From: an uncultured bacterium
GTDB taxonomy: Bacteria; Electryoneota; AABM5-125-24; Hatepunaeales; Hatepunaeaceae
Assembly (NCBI GenBank): GCA_964484805.1
Contig: CAZAGU010000001.1
Location: 1-57,119, forward strand
DNA: 57,119 nt
Reading direction: 5' to 3'
Below, in pieces: positions 1 to 8,974 of the stretch (positions are counted from its first letter, which is position 1; every line of letters starts with the position of its first letter). The notes beneath the pieces are model-generated. The model was given only the letters and a program-made list of their open reading frames with translations, was not told where the DNA came from and searched no databases. The position numbers and the translations under genes are program-made.

Positions 1-1496
1 TTCAGACTCCTGAAGCACTTGCCAAGGATGCTGTTTCCATTGTTGCAGATTTAGGATTTTACCCCCGTTCAATCATTGAACCAACATGTGGGTTGGGATC
101 GTTTGTAATAGAATCGCTTAGGAAATTCCCGCATGCTGAGCACGTGTTAGGCATTGACATAAATGAATCATACATCCGTTCTCTTCACGAAGAGATCATT
201 AAAAATGATTTTCTGGCAAATGTTGAAATTAGAAGAGGAGATTTTTTTAGCGTCAATTGGGATGCAGAATTACAAAAACTAAATGAACCCATATTAATCA
301 TAGGGAATCCTCCCTGGGTGACAAATTCTGATTTATCTCGAATCAACGGAAAAAATCTTCCACAAAAACAGAATATAGAAAGGCAAACTGGCATTACCGC
401 CATCACTGGAAAGAGTAACTTTGACATTTCTGAATCAATGTTGCTTTCATATTTTGACTGGCTGAAGAACAAGATTGGGCTTGTTGCAGTGTTGTGTAAA
501 ACAACTGTTGCGAGAAAGGTATTGGTCAATTTGTGGAAAAAAGCACTGCCCATTCAATCAGCAAAGATTTTGTTAATTGACGCTAAGGCTCATTTCAATG
601 CCTCAGTTGATGCCTGCTTATTCATTGTAAATATAGCGAAGGTTGGCAATTCCACTGAATGTGCGGTATATGAAAAATTTTCGACAAAGCGTGAGATGTT
701 TCAAATGGCTTTTTCGGATGGCTCCGTTATAAAAAATGCGAAGTTGTATAATAAATGGAGGCATCTAGGCGGGGGCGATAATCCTTTAGTTTGGCGGTCG
801 GGGATCAAACACGACTGCGCCGGCGTGATGGAATTGGAAAAATTCGGTTCGTTTTACAGGAATAAGGCTAAGGAAAAAGTTGAACTTGAAGAAAATTATA
901 TTTTTCCATTGTTGAAAAGTTCGGATATTGGTAGTGGATCCGTCAGATACGGCAGAAGGTATTTGATCGTGCCACAAAAAAAGATTGGTGAGGAAACGAA
1001 CTCAATCAAGCGTATTGCTCCAAAATCGTACGCCTACTTAACGGACAATTCAACAAAATTTAATAAAAGAGCAAGTTCAATTTATAATAATAAGCCGCCG
1101 TTTTCAATTTTTGGAGTTGGTGATTATTCATTTGCGCCGTTCAAAGTGGCAATATCCGGGTTTTACAAGAATTTACATTTCAAGATTGTTAAGCCGTTTG
1201 AGGAAAAACCTGTAGTATTTGATGACACTATTTACTTTCTCCCTTGTTGGTCAGTCGAGGAAGCAACTTTTATTACAGAAATGCTAAATTCAAAACCTGC
1301 TCAAGAATATTTTGAATCGCAAACATTTTGGGATGACAAAAGACCGATTACCATTGATTTACTTTCTAGACTGAATTTGCTTAAATTAAGCGCAGAGCTT
1401 GGCAAATCTGAGGAATTTAATGTCCTGTTAAATCAACATGTTCGTAGAAAATCTGTTTTAGAAACGGGACAATTATCACTTAGAATCATGAGTTGA
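1..1496 (+). CDS. N6-adenine DNA methyltransferase (gamma-class, Eco57I/TaqI-like), 5' end cut by window edge
   Basis: Frame 3 is open from nt 3. Upstream of the listed ORF it reads QTPEALAKDAVSIVADLGFYPRSIIEPTCGLGSFV, which gives the xTP motif X and the ExxCGxGxF SAM motif I. IIGNPPWV (motif IV) lies at nt 306-317. A long C-terminal region could be a target-recognition domain. The gene is visibly AT-rich compared with the next gene. Confidence 0.75.
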   Translation, partial: QTPEALAKDAVSIVADLGFYPRSIIEPTCGLGSFVIESLRKFPHAEHVLGIDINESYIRSLHEEIIKNDFLANVEIRRGDFFSVNWDAELQKLNEPILIIGNPPWVTNSDLSRINGKNLPQKQNIERQTGITAITGKSNFDISESMLLSYFDWLKNKIGLVAVLCKTTVARKVLVNLWKKALPIQSAKILLIDAKAHFNASVDACLFIVNIAKVGNSTECAVYEKFSTKREMFQMAFSDGSVIKNAKLYNKWRHLGGGDNPLVWRSGIKHDCAGVMELEKFGSFYRNKAKEKVELEENYIFPLLKSSDIGSGSVRYGRRYLIVPQKKIGEETNSIKRIAPKSYAYLTDNSTKFNKRASSIYNNKPPFSIFGVGDYSFAPFKVAISGFYKNLHFKIVKPFEEKPVVFDDTIYFLPCWSVEEATFITEMLNSKPAQEYFESQTFWDDKRPITIDLLSRLNLLKLSAELGKSEEFNVLLNQHVRRKSVLETGQLSLRIMS

Positions 1497-1566
1497 AAGT
1501 GATTTACAACTGGTCAAGTAGATATTCCCTTCCCAACCCTAACATCTGGAGCGCCAGACACCTCTA

Positions 1567-3417
1567 ATGCCATCATCTGAAGCAAAATTCGACCCCGGAG
1601 ATCGGGGAATACTGAAGCGTTTTTTAACCTACTTCAAACCACATACGCCATCAATTGTCGCCTCAGTCGTCGGTGCGATTCTGGTTGGGCTGTCCTATGC
1701 CCTGACCGCTCCCATTGGTGGCATTCTGATGGACCTGTTCAGTGGTCTCACGCAAGCTTCGCTGTCCGGTGATGCAATTAACATCAGGCTGACCAGAGAG
1801 GCGTTGGGATACCGGCTCTATGATTTTCAGATTGACAGCGTCGAGCGCGCCCAGCACCTGATCTGGATGATAATCACTGCGGGTTTTGTGTTGATATTCT
1901 TCAAGAGCATTGTGCATTTTATCAAAGAATATCTGCTCTGGCGAGTAACCCACAAAGTCCTCATGCAACTGAAGTTTGAGCTATTCCACCATGTGGTTTA
2001 CTTGCCGCAAATGACCTTCGATCAGGAAAAATCCGGCGAAATGCTATCGCGGGTGACGTATGATGTAACTCAAGTTGAAACCGCCATCCGCTCCGCTATT
2101 AATCTCCTGAAGTCAATCATTTACGCGCTGATCTACGTGACGTTGATGTTCTATTTTGCCTGGTGGCTGACTTTGGTCTCACTGCTGGTGTTCCCACTCT
2201 CAGCCGTTATCATTAAAGTCTTTGGCGATCGGATTCGTGGTTTCAGTCGGCATGTTTCGTTGAATGTAGCAGACTATACTTCTTTTCTGGGCGAAGCGAT
2301 TACTGGCTCGAAAGTCATTAAAATTTTCGGACGGGAAGAGGATGAGACGGAATCTTTCCGCCGCAAGATCAAGGAAAATTATTCCTACAGCATGAAAATA
2401 TCGCGCCTGGGTGCGCTTCACGCGCCGATTCAGGAAGTGTTTTCCACAGTCGGGATGATGCTCGTGCTGTTGTTATGCGGCTTCGGAATGTTGAATGGCA
2501 ACATGACGCTCGGCGAATTGACTGCATTCCTGATTCTCTTAACCAACGCTTACAAGCCGATTAAAACCCTTGGTGAAGTCAATTCGGTTGTGCAACGAGC
2601 ATTGGCTTCTTCCAGACGCATTTTTAATCTGCTGGATATGCCCGATGAGAACCGCCAAATCGGCAACGGTAATGAGCGTCCATCTCCGATCAAAGGCAAT
2701 ATCTCCTTTAAGGATGTTTATTTTCACTACAATGAAAACAACCCGGTGCTGAATGGCGTGAATCTGGATATTGCCGCTGGTGAGACGATTGCTTTGGTGG
2801 GTCCTTCTGGTGGTGGAAAATCGACTATCATCAACCTCATCCCGCGTTATTATGGCATTCAGCGGGGCGCTATCACGTTGGACGGCATTGATACGAGCTC
2901 TTATAATATTGAATATCTGCGCGCTCAGATGGCGATGGTTCCGCAGGAGACTATCCTCTTTTCGGGCACTATCGACGAAAATATCCGTTTTGGCAGACCG
3001 GAAGCCACTCGCGAAGAAGTCGTCGCCGCCGCTATAGCTGCCAACGCTCATCATTTCATCCAGGAGCTTCCATGTGGCTACGAGGCGCAAGTTGGCGAGC
3101 GAGGTGTGCAGGTCTCCGGCGGGCAACGGCAGCGAATTGCGATTGCGCGGGCGATTTTGCGCGACCCGAGGATATTATTGCTTGATGAAGCGACCTCGGC
3201 GCTGGACACCGAGTCCGAGCGGCTGATTCAGGATGCTCTGGAAAAATTCCAGAAGAATCGAACAACTGTAGTCATTGCGCATCGGTTGTCAACGGTGAAA
3301 AATGCCACCCGGATAGCTGTGATTGTCGATGGCGAAATCGTTGAAGATGGCGCGCACCGAGAGCTATATGATCTTGGCGGTGTCTATCGCAAGCTTTGCG
3401 ACCAACAATTGGCTTAA
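1567..3417 (+). CDS. ABC exporter, fused 6-TM permease + ATPase (MsbA/lipid-exporter type)
   Basis: Hydrophobic N-terminal half. Walker A GPSGGGKST, ABC signature VSGGQRQRIAIARA, Walker B ILLLDEATSALD, H-loop VIAHRLST. Confidence 0.88.
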   Translation: MPSSEAKFDPGDRGILKRFLTYFKPHTPSIVASVVGAILVGLSYALTAPIGGILMDLFSGLTQASLSGDAINIRLTREALGYRLYDFQIDSVERAQHLIWMIITAGFVLIFFKSIVHFIKEYLLWRVTHKVLMQLKFELFHHVVYLPQMTFDQEKSGEMLSRVTYDVTQVETAIRSAINLLKSIIYALIYVTLMFYFAWWLTLVSLLVFPLSAVIIKVFGDRIRGFSRHVSLNVADYTSFLGEAITGSKVIKIFGREEDETESFRRKIKENYSYSMKISRLGALHAPIQEVFSTVGMMLVLLLCGFGMLNGNMTLGELTAFLILLTNAYKPIKTLGEVNSVVQRALASSRRIFNLLDMPDENRQIGNGNERPSPIKGNISFKDVYFHYNENNPVLNGVNLDIAAGETIALVGPSGGGKSTIINLIPRYYGIQRGAITLDGIDTSSYNIEYLRAQMAMVPQETILFSGTIDENIRFGRPEATREEVVAAAIAANAHHFIQELPCGYEAQVGERGVQVSGGQRQRIAIARAILRDPRILLLDEATSALDTESERLIQDALEKFQKNRTTVVIAHRLSTVKNATRIAVIVDGEIVEDGAHRELYDLGGVYRKLCDQQLA

Positions 3418-3462
3418 GCGTTCGTTTTGATATTTGTAAGGTAAATAAAAAAGGATTAAGCT

Positions 3463-3885
3463 GTGAAAATGAACGTTCATCTTAAACAACTTGACGGTCT
3501 TGCCATCATGGGTTATGGCGATTCCAAACATTTGGTTGCCATGGATTCGCCCGAAGAACTGGGCGGACTGGCTGCAGGATCGCGTCCGATGGAGCTGATT
3601 CTGATGGGAATAGCAGGATGCTCAGCGATGGACATCATCGCGATACTCCGGAAAAAGCGTGTGCCATTCACTGATTTTCAGACTGAAGCGAAAAGTGAGC
3701 GAGCAGATGAACACCCGCAGAAGTTCACGAAAATTGCACTGCATTATATCATCAAGGGCAAAGGCGTGCAAGCCAAAGATGTCCAGCGGTCGATAGATTT
3801 AACTGACGAACGTTATTGCGGCGCGATTGAGATGATCCGACATTCCGTTGAAGTGACGCACACTTTTGATATTATCGAAGAGTAG
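3463..3885 (+). CDS. OsmC/Ohr-family protein
   Basis: 140 aa. ELILMGIAGCSAMDIIAILRKKR and a C-terminal RYCGAIEMI give two Cys in the positions typical of the OsmC family. AAGGA lies upstream of the GTG/ATG start. Confidence 0.72.
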   Translation: MKMNVHLKQLDGLAIMGYGDSKHLVAMDSPEELGGLAAGSRPMELILMGIAGCSAMDIIAILRKKRVPFTDFQTEAKSERADEHPQKFTKIALHYIIKGKGVQAKDVQRSIDLTDERYCGAIEMIRHSVEVTHTFDIIEE

Positions 3886-4040
3886 CTGAAAAAGGTATTC
3901 TGATTTTGATTGCAGATTGCCGCCAATTTCGGGCGGTAATCTGGTTTTTGGGAACGGCGGTCGCCAGGCATCATTGCGGGTGAAGCTATCATTCCGGGTG
4001 GCATGTCCGGCTTGCCCTGACATGTTTCTCCTAACTGATT

Positions 4041-4640
4041 GAACAGCGGACAAAGTCCGCTGTCATACCTGCGAAGGCAGGTATCCATCGCATTGAAAAT
4101 GGTATTTCCCCAAATCCGTTTAATCCGTTAAATGTTGTGAATTAAAGACATAACCATTAAACTCACAATCTGGGTTCCCGATCAAGTCGGGAACGAGGAG
4201 ATGAGGGGATGAATGCAGTGGATGCCAGCCTTGGCAGGGATGACAATATGGAAGAATGACCCTGATTGGACGTTTTTAAAGCACTGGGCTCCAGCCTTCG
4301 CAGGAACGACAGTATTGGTGGCGGTTGGGTGCTCGGTGATAGGGAGGGTGATTCTCGAACTCGATGAGATTGCTTCGTTGCATTAATAATTGTTCCCACG
4401 CATGAGCATGGGAACAAGGTGGACTAGTGAGGGCTACTCGTTCCCACGCTTCCTGCGTGGGAATGCCAAGACTCTCAGCCTGAGTACTGGCTTTCGCCGG
4501 TACGACGGGGAGGGGATGAAAGCACTGGGTTCCTGCCTTCGCAGGAACGACAGCGTGGGGTGCGGCAAATGCGCTCGATGGTTGGGAGGGTGATTCTCGA
4601 ACTCCAATGAGGTTCCTTCTTCGCTTTGCGTCTTGCGGTG
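4041..4640. repeat. Cluster A of short REP-like hairpin repeats (mosaic of at least 5 unit types)
   Basis: Units present:
- CAGCGGACaaaGTCCGCTG at 4044-4062.
- gtcATACCTGCgaagGCAGGTATcc at 4062-4086.
- AATCCGTTTAATCCGTTAAATGTTGTGAATTAAAG at 4113-4147.
- GGGTTCCCGAtcaaGTCGGGAACGAGG at 4172-4198.
- AAAGCACTGGGyTCCwGCCTTCGCAGGAACGACAG at about 4278 and about 4513.
- GTTCCCACGC..GCGTGGGAA / GTTCCCACGCatgaGCATGGGAAC at about 4392 and about 4442.
- GGGAGGGTGATTCTCGAACTC at about 4343 and about 4583.
The same units recur at 34.3-34.8 kb, 44.5 kb and 48.9 kb. Confidence 0.75.
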
Positions 4641-4790
4641 CAACATGGAATAATGCCGTAGGAGGTAAATTTTTTTCTGAAGTGCAGTTATCTCTTGTCA
4701 ATTCACGAGAAAACCAATATCTTTCAAAGTTTCCATATCTGAAGAGATAGGGAGTTTTGGATTCACGATCTGTAGTAAAAGGAGTTTATA

Positions 4791-5648
4791 ATGAATAGTG
4801 AAAGCTGGGAATTTATCATCGCTCGTGAGCGCCAGGCAAAAGATCATTACTTTGCGCATAGTGACGGTTCACCACTGACTGACGAGCAGAAATCCGCTTT
4901 CGGAGGATTGCACTATTATCGTCTGGATGAGGCGCTCCGTTACCAACTCGAATTACATGAGCATGCGGTAAAACGGGAAATCAAAATACCTGATAGCGCT
5001 GGTGTTGATCGTGTTTTCATTTGCTGGGGAGAATTTCGCTTCAACGTGTCGGGAAAGGAATGTGTCTTGCAGGCTTATCGTATGCCTGATCAGGAGACTA
5101 TTGATTTGTTTATCCCATTCAAAGATACGACAAGTGGTCTGGAAACATACCCAATGGGCAGATATATTGACTTAGATGAGAACGATTTGAGCGATGACGG
5201 CAAGTGGGAGCTGGATTTTAATTTGGCATATTCTCCATTTTGTGCCTATAGTGACAGATTCGCGTGTGCGTTAATACCGACTGAGAACAATCTACAGGTT
5301 GCTACCAAAGCTGGCGAGAAATTGGCAGAGTCCGAAAAGAAAAAAGAAGTTATGAATTTTGAAGACGAAGTCACCAAAGCTATCAGCCAAGTGAAACACC
5401 CGGCGATTAACGCCACGTTGGTTGATCTGGGTCTCATCACTAAGATAGAAGTGATTGATAAGTTGGTCAAGGTTGAGTTTTCATTGCCTTTTGCCAAGAT
5501 TCCTGTTTTGGACTTTTTGATAAATAGCATTCGACAACCCGTGACCCGCTTGGGGTTTGAGCTTGAGACATCAACCAGAGAGATGTCAGAGAAAGAGCGC
5601 GAAGCCTTTTTTGTCAAGGAACGCGCCAACTGGATGGGATTGAAGTAG
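4791..5648 (+). CDS. DUF1684-like domain fused to a C-terminal DUF59/MIP18-type (Fe-S assembly-related) domain
   Basis: N-terminal part: DHYF..SPL..FGGLHYY and LAYSPFCAYSDRFACALIPTENNLQVATKAGEK match my recollection of DUF1684. C-terminal ~95 aa: EDEVTKAISQVKHPAINATLVDLGLITKIEV is DUF59-like. AAAGGAG lies 7 nt upstream of the ATG. Confidence 0.68.
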   Translation: MNSESWEFIIARERQAKDHYFAHSDGSPLTDEQKSAFGGLHYYRLDEALRYQLELHEHAVKREIKIPDSAGVDRVFICWGEFRFNVSGKECVLQAYRMPDQETIDLFIPFKDTTSGLETYPMGRYIDLDENDLSDDGKWELDFNLAYSPFCAYSDRFACALIPTENNLQVATKAGEKLAESEKKKEVMNFEDEVTKAISQVKHPAINATLVDLGLITKIEVIDKLVKVEFSLPFAKIPVLDFLINSIRQPVTRLGFELETSTREMSEKEREAFFVKERANWMGLK

Positions 5649-5680
5649 TTAAGAAATTTTGATTTTACGGAAGTAAAAAA

Positions 5681-7426
5681 ATGAGTGATAATAACTCAAA
5701 CGAAGACGGCAAGATAAATGAGGGTGAAAAATCGGAGCGAAGTGCTCCCGGTTTGGATTTCATCCGCACTAAGATTGAAGAAGACAACCGAACCGGCAAA
5801 TTCGACGGGAAAGTCATCACGCGCTTTCCGCCGGAACCAAACGGCTACTTGCACATAGGACATGCCAAATCCATTTGCCTGAACTTTGGCGTGGCTAAAG
5901 AATACAACGGCGTGACGCATCTGCGTTTCGACGACACAAACCCAAGCAAAGAAAACATCGAGTTCACGGAATCCATTATGGAAGATGTGCGCTGGCTGGG
6001 GTTTGAATGGGGCGAACGGCTTCACTACGCCTCCGATTATTTCGATCAGCTTTTTGCTTATGCCGAAGAGCTGATTAAGCTGGGCAAAGCTTACGTCTGC
6101 GATCTGAGCGCCGCTGAAGTGCGGGAATATCGCGGCACGTTGAAAGCCCCCGGTAAAAACAGCCCCTATCGCGAACGCTCGGTTGAGGAGAATCTCGACC
6201 TGTTCCACAAAATGCGCGCCGGGGAATTTGCCGATGGCACCAAGACCTTGCGAGCTAAGATCGACATGGCCTCGCCCAATTTGAACATGCGCGACCCAGC
6301 GATTTATCGCATCCGCCATGAACATCACCATCAGACTGGCGATAAATGGTGTATCTACCCGATGTATGACTTCGCACATTGCTTCTCGGATTCCATCGAA
6401 GGCATCACGCATTCGCTGTGCACGCTGGAATTTGAAGACCATCGCCCGCTGTACGACTGGTTTCTCGATCAACTTAAAGTGCATCACTCAGAACAGACCG
6501 AATTTGCTCGTTTGAATATTAACTACACCGTCGTCAGCAAACGCAAATTGCGCGAGCTGGTCGAGGCTGGAATTGTGAACGGCTGGGATGACCCACGAAT
6601 GCCAACGATCAAAGGCTTGCGGCGACGCGGCTACACACCGGAATCCATTCGTGTCTTTGCCGAAAAGATCGGCATCGCCAAGCGAAACAGCACAGTTGAT
6701 ATCGCATTGCTGGAGCATTGTCTCCGTGAAGGTTTGAACAAGACCGCCCGGCGATACATGGCTGTGTTGCGACCACTGAAACTGGTAATTGACAACTATC
6801 CAGATGATCTCGTCGAAGAGATGGACGCGGTGAACAATCCTGAAGACGAATCAGCAGGAATTCGCAAAGTGCCGTTCTCCAAGACGTTGTACATTGACCG
6901 TGCGGATTTCATCGAGAACCCGCCGCGCAAATTCTACAGGCTGTCTCCGGGGCGTGAAGTTCGCTTGCGCTATGCTTATTTCGTGATGTGTGGTGACATC
7001 ATCAAGGATGAAAACGGTGAAGTGACCGAAGTCCATTGCACTTACGACCCTGCTTCAAGGGGCGGAAATTCTCCCGATGGTCGCAAGGTCAAGGCTACGA
7101 TTCACTGGGTTTCGGCGGAACATTCCCTTCCGGCGGAAGTGCGACTGTATGACAAGCTGTTCACTGCCGAAAATCCGGAAGATGTCGAAGAGGGCGTGGA
7201 CTGGAAGAGCGCCATTAATCCGAATTCGCTGGAAGTGCTCACCGATTGCCGTGTTGAGCCGAGCTTGAAAGGCATCAGCCCGGAAACGACCTTGCAGTTC
7301 GAGCGGCAGGGATATTTCGTGGCTGACTGGCGAGATTCCACACCGGAAAAACTGGTGTTTAACCGCTCGGTTTCATTGAAGGACGAGTGGGCGAGGATTC
7401 AGAAATCTTCAGGCAAGAAAAAGTAA
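5681..7426 (+). CDS. glnS: Glutamine--tRNA ligase
   Basis: [17 protein letters not shown] (HIGH motif), VVSKRKL (KMSKS-type motif), the class-I GlxRS core, and the GlnRS-type C-terminal anticodon-binding beta-barrel region. Confidence 0.93.
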   Translation: MSDNNSNEDGKINEGEKSERSAPGLDFIRTKIEEDNRTGKFDGKVITRFPPEPNGYLHIGHAKSICLNFGVAKEYNGVTHLRFDDTNPSKENIEFTESIMEDVRWLGFEWGERLHYASDYFDQLFAYAEELIKLGKAYVCDLSAAEVREYRGTLKAPGKNSPYRERSVEENLDLFHKMRAGEFADGTKTLRAKIDMASPNLNMRDPAIYRIRHEHHHQTGDKWCIYPMYDFAHCFSDSIEGITHSLCTLEFEDHRPLYDWFLDQLKVHHSEQTEFARLNINYTVVSKRKLRELVEAGIVNGWDDPRMPTIKGLRRRGYTPESIRVFAEKIGIAKRNSTVDIALLEHCLREGLNKTARRYMAVLRPLKLVIDNYPDDLVEEMDAVNNPEDESAGIRKVPFSKTLYIDRADFIENPPRKFYRLSPGREVRLRYAYFVMCGDIIKDENGEVTEVHCTYDPASRGGNSPDGRKVKATIHWVSAEHSLPAEVRLYDKLFTAENPEDVEEGVDWKSAINPNSLEVLTDCRVEPSLKGISPETTLQFERQGYFVADWRDSTPEKLVFNRSVSLKDEWARIQKSSGKKK

Positions 7427-7461
7427 TATTGCCGCAAATTTAGCGTTTTTCAATATTTTGT

Positions 7462-7501
7462 CAGGCTGTCTCGAATCTGAGGCAGCCTGTTTGCTGTTTT
7501 T
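7462..7501 (+). terminator. Rho-independent terminator after glnS
   Basis: CAGGCTGtC..tcgaatctga..GgCAGCCTG stem followed by TTTGCTGTTTTT. Confidence 0.6.
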
Positions 7502-7568
7502 GGGGGCGTAAATTTGAGGGCGCAAGCACTTTGCGCACACCAACAGCCATGCACCTGTTGGAGAAAGG

Positions 7569-7629
7569 GAAAATATTACCTTTGACAAGAGGCTGAGCGG
7601 AAAATATTGCCGCAGGTGAAAATGTTGCC
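7569..7629. promoter_or_regulatory. Three GAAAATrTTrCC motifs, possible upstream activator sites for the flgB sigma54 promoter
   Basis: GAAAATATTACC at 7569-7580, GAAAATATTGCC at 7600-7611, GAAAATGTTGCC at 7618-7629. A fourth AATATTGCCGCA lies at 7425-7436. The motifs sit 120-180 nt upstream of the -24/-12 element. Confidence 0.3.
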
Positions 7630-7748
7630 CCTCAGGAAGATGTTGATCGTCGTCAGACTACTCAGTTCAATATTCCTATTATTCAGAATAACAGTGTATT
7701 AGAAAATGTCGAATTGAGAAATCCGGTCAATAATTACCGTATTTTGCG

Positions 7749-7764
7749 TGGCATAAGGATTGCG
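7749..7764 (+). promoter_or_regulatory. sigma54 (-24/-12) promoter upstream of flgB
   Basis: TGGCATaaggaTTGCG matches TGGCAC-N5-TTGCW with correct GG/GC spacing. It lies 33 nt upstream of the flgB ATG. Confidence 0.6.
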
Positions 7765-7796
7765 ATTAAAACTGGTGGATCACTCAAAGGAAAATC

Positions 7797-8270
7797 ATGG
7801 ACCTCAAAGAACTGCTTTTTGGAGCAACTCGAATCCCGCTGATCGGCAAAGGACTTGACGCCTTTGCATTGCGGCATCGGGCAATTTCCGACAATGTCGC
7901 CAATGCAGAGACAGCAGGCTACAAGCGTCGAGAGGTTGAGTTTGAGGAAAAACTGAAGCAAGTAGTTGGCAAGGATAAGATGACGGTTTCGCATCCAGAC
8001 CATATTGGCGGAAGCGGTTTTATGCGTCAGTCTGCCGGGCAGCTTGCTTACCGCGAAGCCATCAGTGTCGGTGAATCATTCATCCGGGAAGACAGAATCA
8101 ACCCTGAGTTACTCACAGATCATGATCCTTCTGATGTCAGCGACATAAACAACGTTGACATTGACCGTGAAATGGGCGATATGGCGGCAAACCACTTAAA
8201 ATTTACCTTCGCCGCCAAGATGGACAAAGCCTTTTTCGATCTGTTGAAATCTTCAATCAGTGGAGTATAG
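7797..8270 (+). CDS. flgB: Flagellar basal-body rod protein FlgB
   Basis: N-terminal rod motif RHRAISDNVANAETAGYKRREV. First gene of the flgBC-fliE core. AAAGGAAAA Shine-Dalgarno sequence. Confidence 0.9.
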   Translation: MDLKELLFGATRIPLIGKGLDAFALRHRAISDNVANAETAGYKRREVEFEEKLKQVVGKDKMTVSHPDHIGGSGFMRQSAGQLAYREAISVGESFIREDRINPELLTDHDPSDVSDINNVDIDREMGDMAANHLKFTFAAKMDKAFFDLLKSSISGV

Positions 8271-8275
8271 GCGTA

Positions 8276-8770
8276 ATGGAAAAACTTTCAGGGTTATTTG
8301 CATCAATGGGAATCAGCGCATCGGGTTTGGCTGCACAGCGCCGGCGCATGAACAACATTGCGGAAAATATTGCCAACATCCACACGACCCGAACGCCAGA
8401 AGGCGGTCCTTACAGGCGGAAGATTACGCAGTTTCATGAGATTCAAAAGCAGGCATCGCTGTTCAGGACTCATGAGAATAAATTGGCGCTGGATTCGACA
8501 TCTTCCGGGCAGTTGAGCAATGATAACGACTCAGTGATTTTGGGTGGTTTTTCAGGTGTTGAGATTGAAACAGTTCGGTCTCGGGCTTTGCCGCAAAGAG
8601 TGTATGAACCCGATCACCCGGATGCCAACGAGCAGGGATTCGTGCTGATGCCCAAGATAGATGTGGTGATGGAGATGGTCGATATGATCTCAGCATCGAG
8701 GGCTTATGAGGCAAATGTTACCGCCATTCAATCTGCGAAAGATATTGCGTTAAAAGCGCTGGAGATATAG
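8276..8770 (+). CDS. flgC: Flagellar basal-body rod protein FlgC
   Basis: NNIAENIANIHTTRTPEGGPYRRK at the N-terminus. EMVDMISASRAYEANVTAIQSAKD at the C-terminus. Confidence 0.93.
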   Translation: MEKLSGLFASMGISASGLAAQRRRMNNIAENIANIHTTRTPEGGPYRRKITQFHEIQKQASLFRTHENKLALDSTSSGQLSNDNDSVILGGFSGVEIETVRSRALPQRVYEPDHPDANEQGFVLMPKIDVVMEMVDMISASRAYEANVTAIQSAKDIALKALEI

Positions 8771-8773
8771 TCT

Positions 8774-8974
8774 ATGACCGATGGTATTGGCGCTCAGGAT
8801 GTTCGAGCCAGAACGTTGGCTCAAATTCAGAGGGCATCACTGGAAGTCAAATTGTCTGGGGCGATCAACCGGGCTCGCAATGATTATCTTAAAAACGAGA
8901 TCACCACAGTGAAGAAAAGCGTACCCACTCAAGGTCCGTCCTATCTTGGGCGGAACATTGACATTAAAGCTTAA
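8774..8974 (+). CDS. Hypothetical 66-aa protein between flgC and fliE
   Basis: ATG lies 3 nt after the flgC stop, with GGAG about 10 nt upstream. I recognise no motif. Its position inside an otherwise invariant gene triplet is the main support. Confidence 0.4.
   Translation: MTDGIGAQDVRARTLAQIQRASLEVKLSGAINRARNDYLKNEITTVKKSVPTQGPSYLGRNIDIKA

Noticed and set aside
4041-4640. Possible CRISPR array in the repeat-dense regions (also 34291-34796).
   Set aside because: The repeats are of several different unit types, occur in both orientations and are irregularly spaced. They lack a single 24-40-nt repeat alternating with unique spacers, and no cas genes are in the window.
4163-4701. ORFs 4163-4417(-), 4276-4701(-), 4390-4593(+), 4434-4646(-), and 34311-34502(-) and 34586-35173(-), as protein-coding genes.
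   Set aside because: They are translations of the hairpin repeats, giving recurrent peptides such as VVPAKAGTQCF and PRSRLDREPR. They overlap one another in several frames and lack start-site context.
5696-6487. Long antisense or alternative-frame ORFs inside well-supported genes. Examples: 5696-6487(-) in glnS, 2539-3126(-) in the ABC exporter, 36409-37011(-) and 37174-38055(-) in rnfD/G/E, 39302-39829(-) in rnfB, 22272-22778(-) in motB, 26480-26833(+) in fliP, 47701-48171(-).
   Set aside because: These are shadow ORFs opposite or overlapping genes with unambiguous family motifs. They have no motifs of their own.
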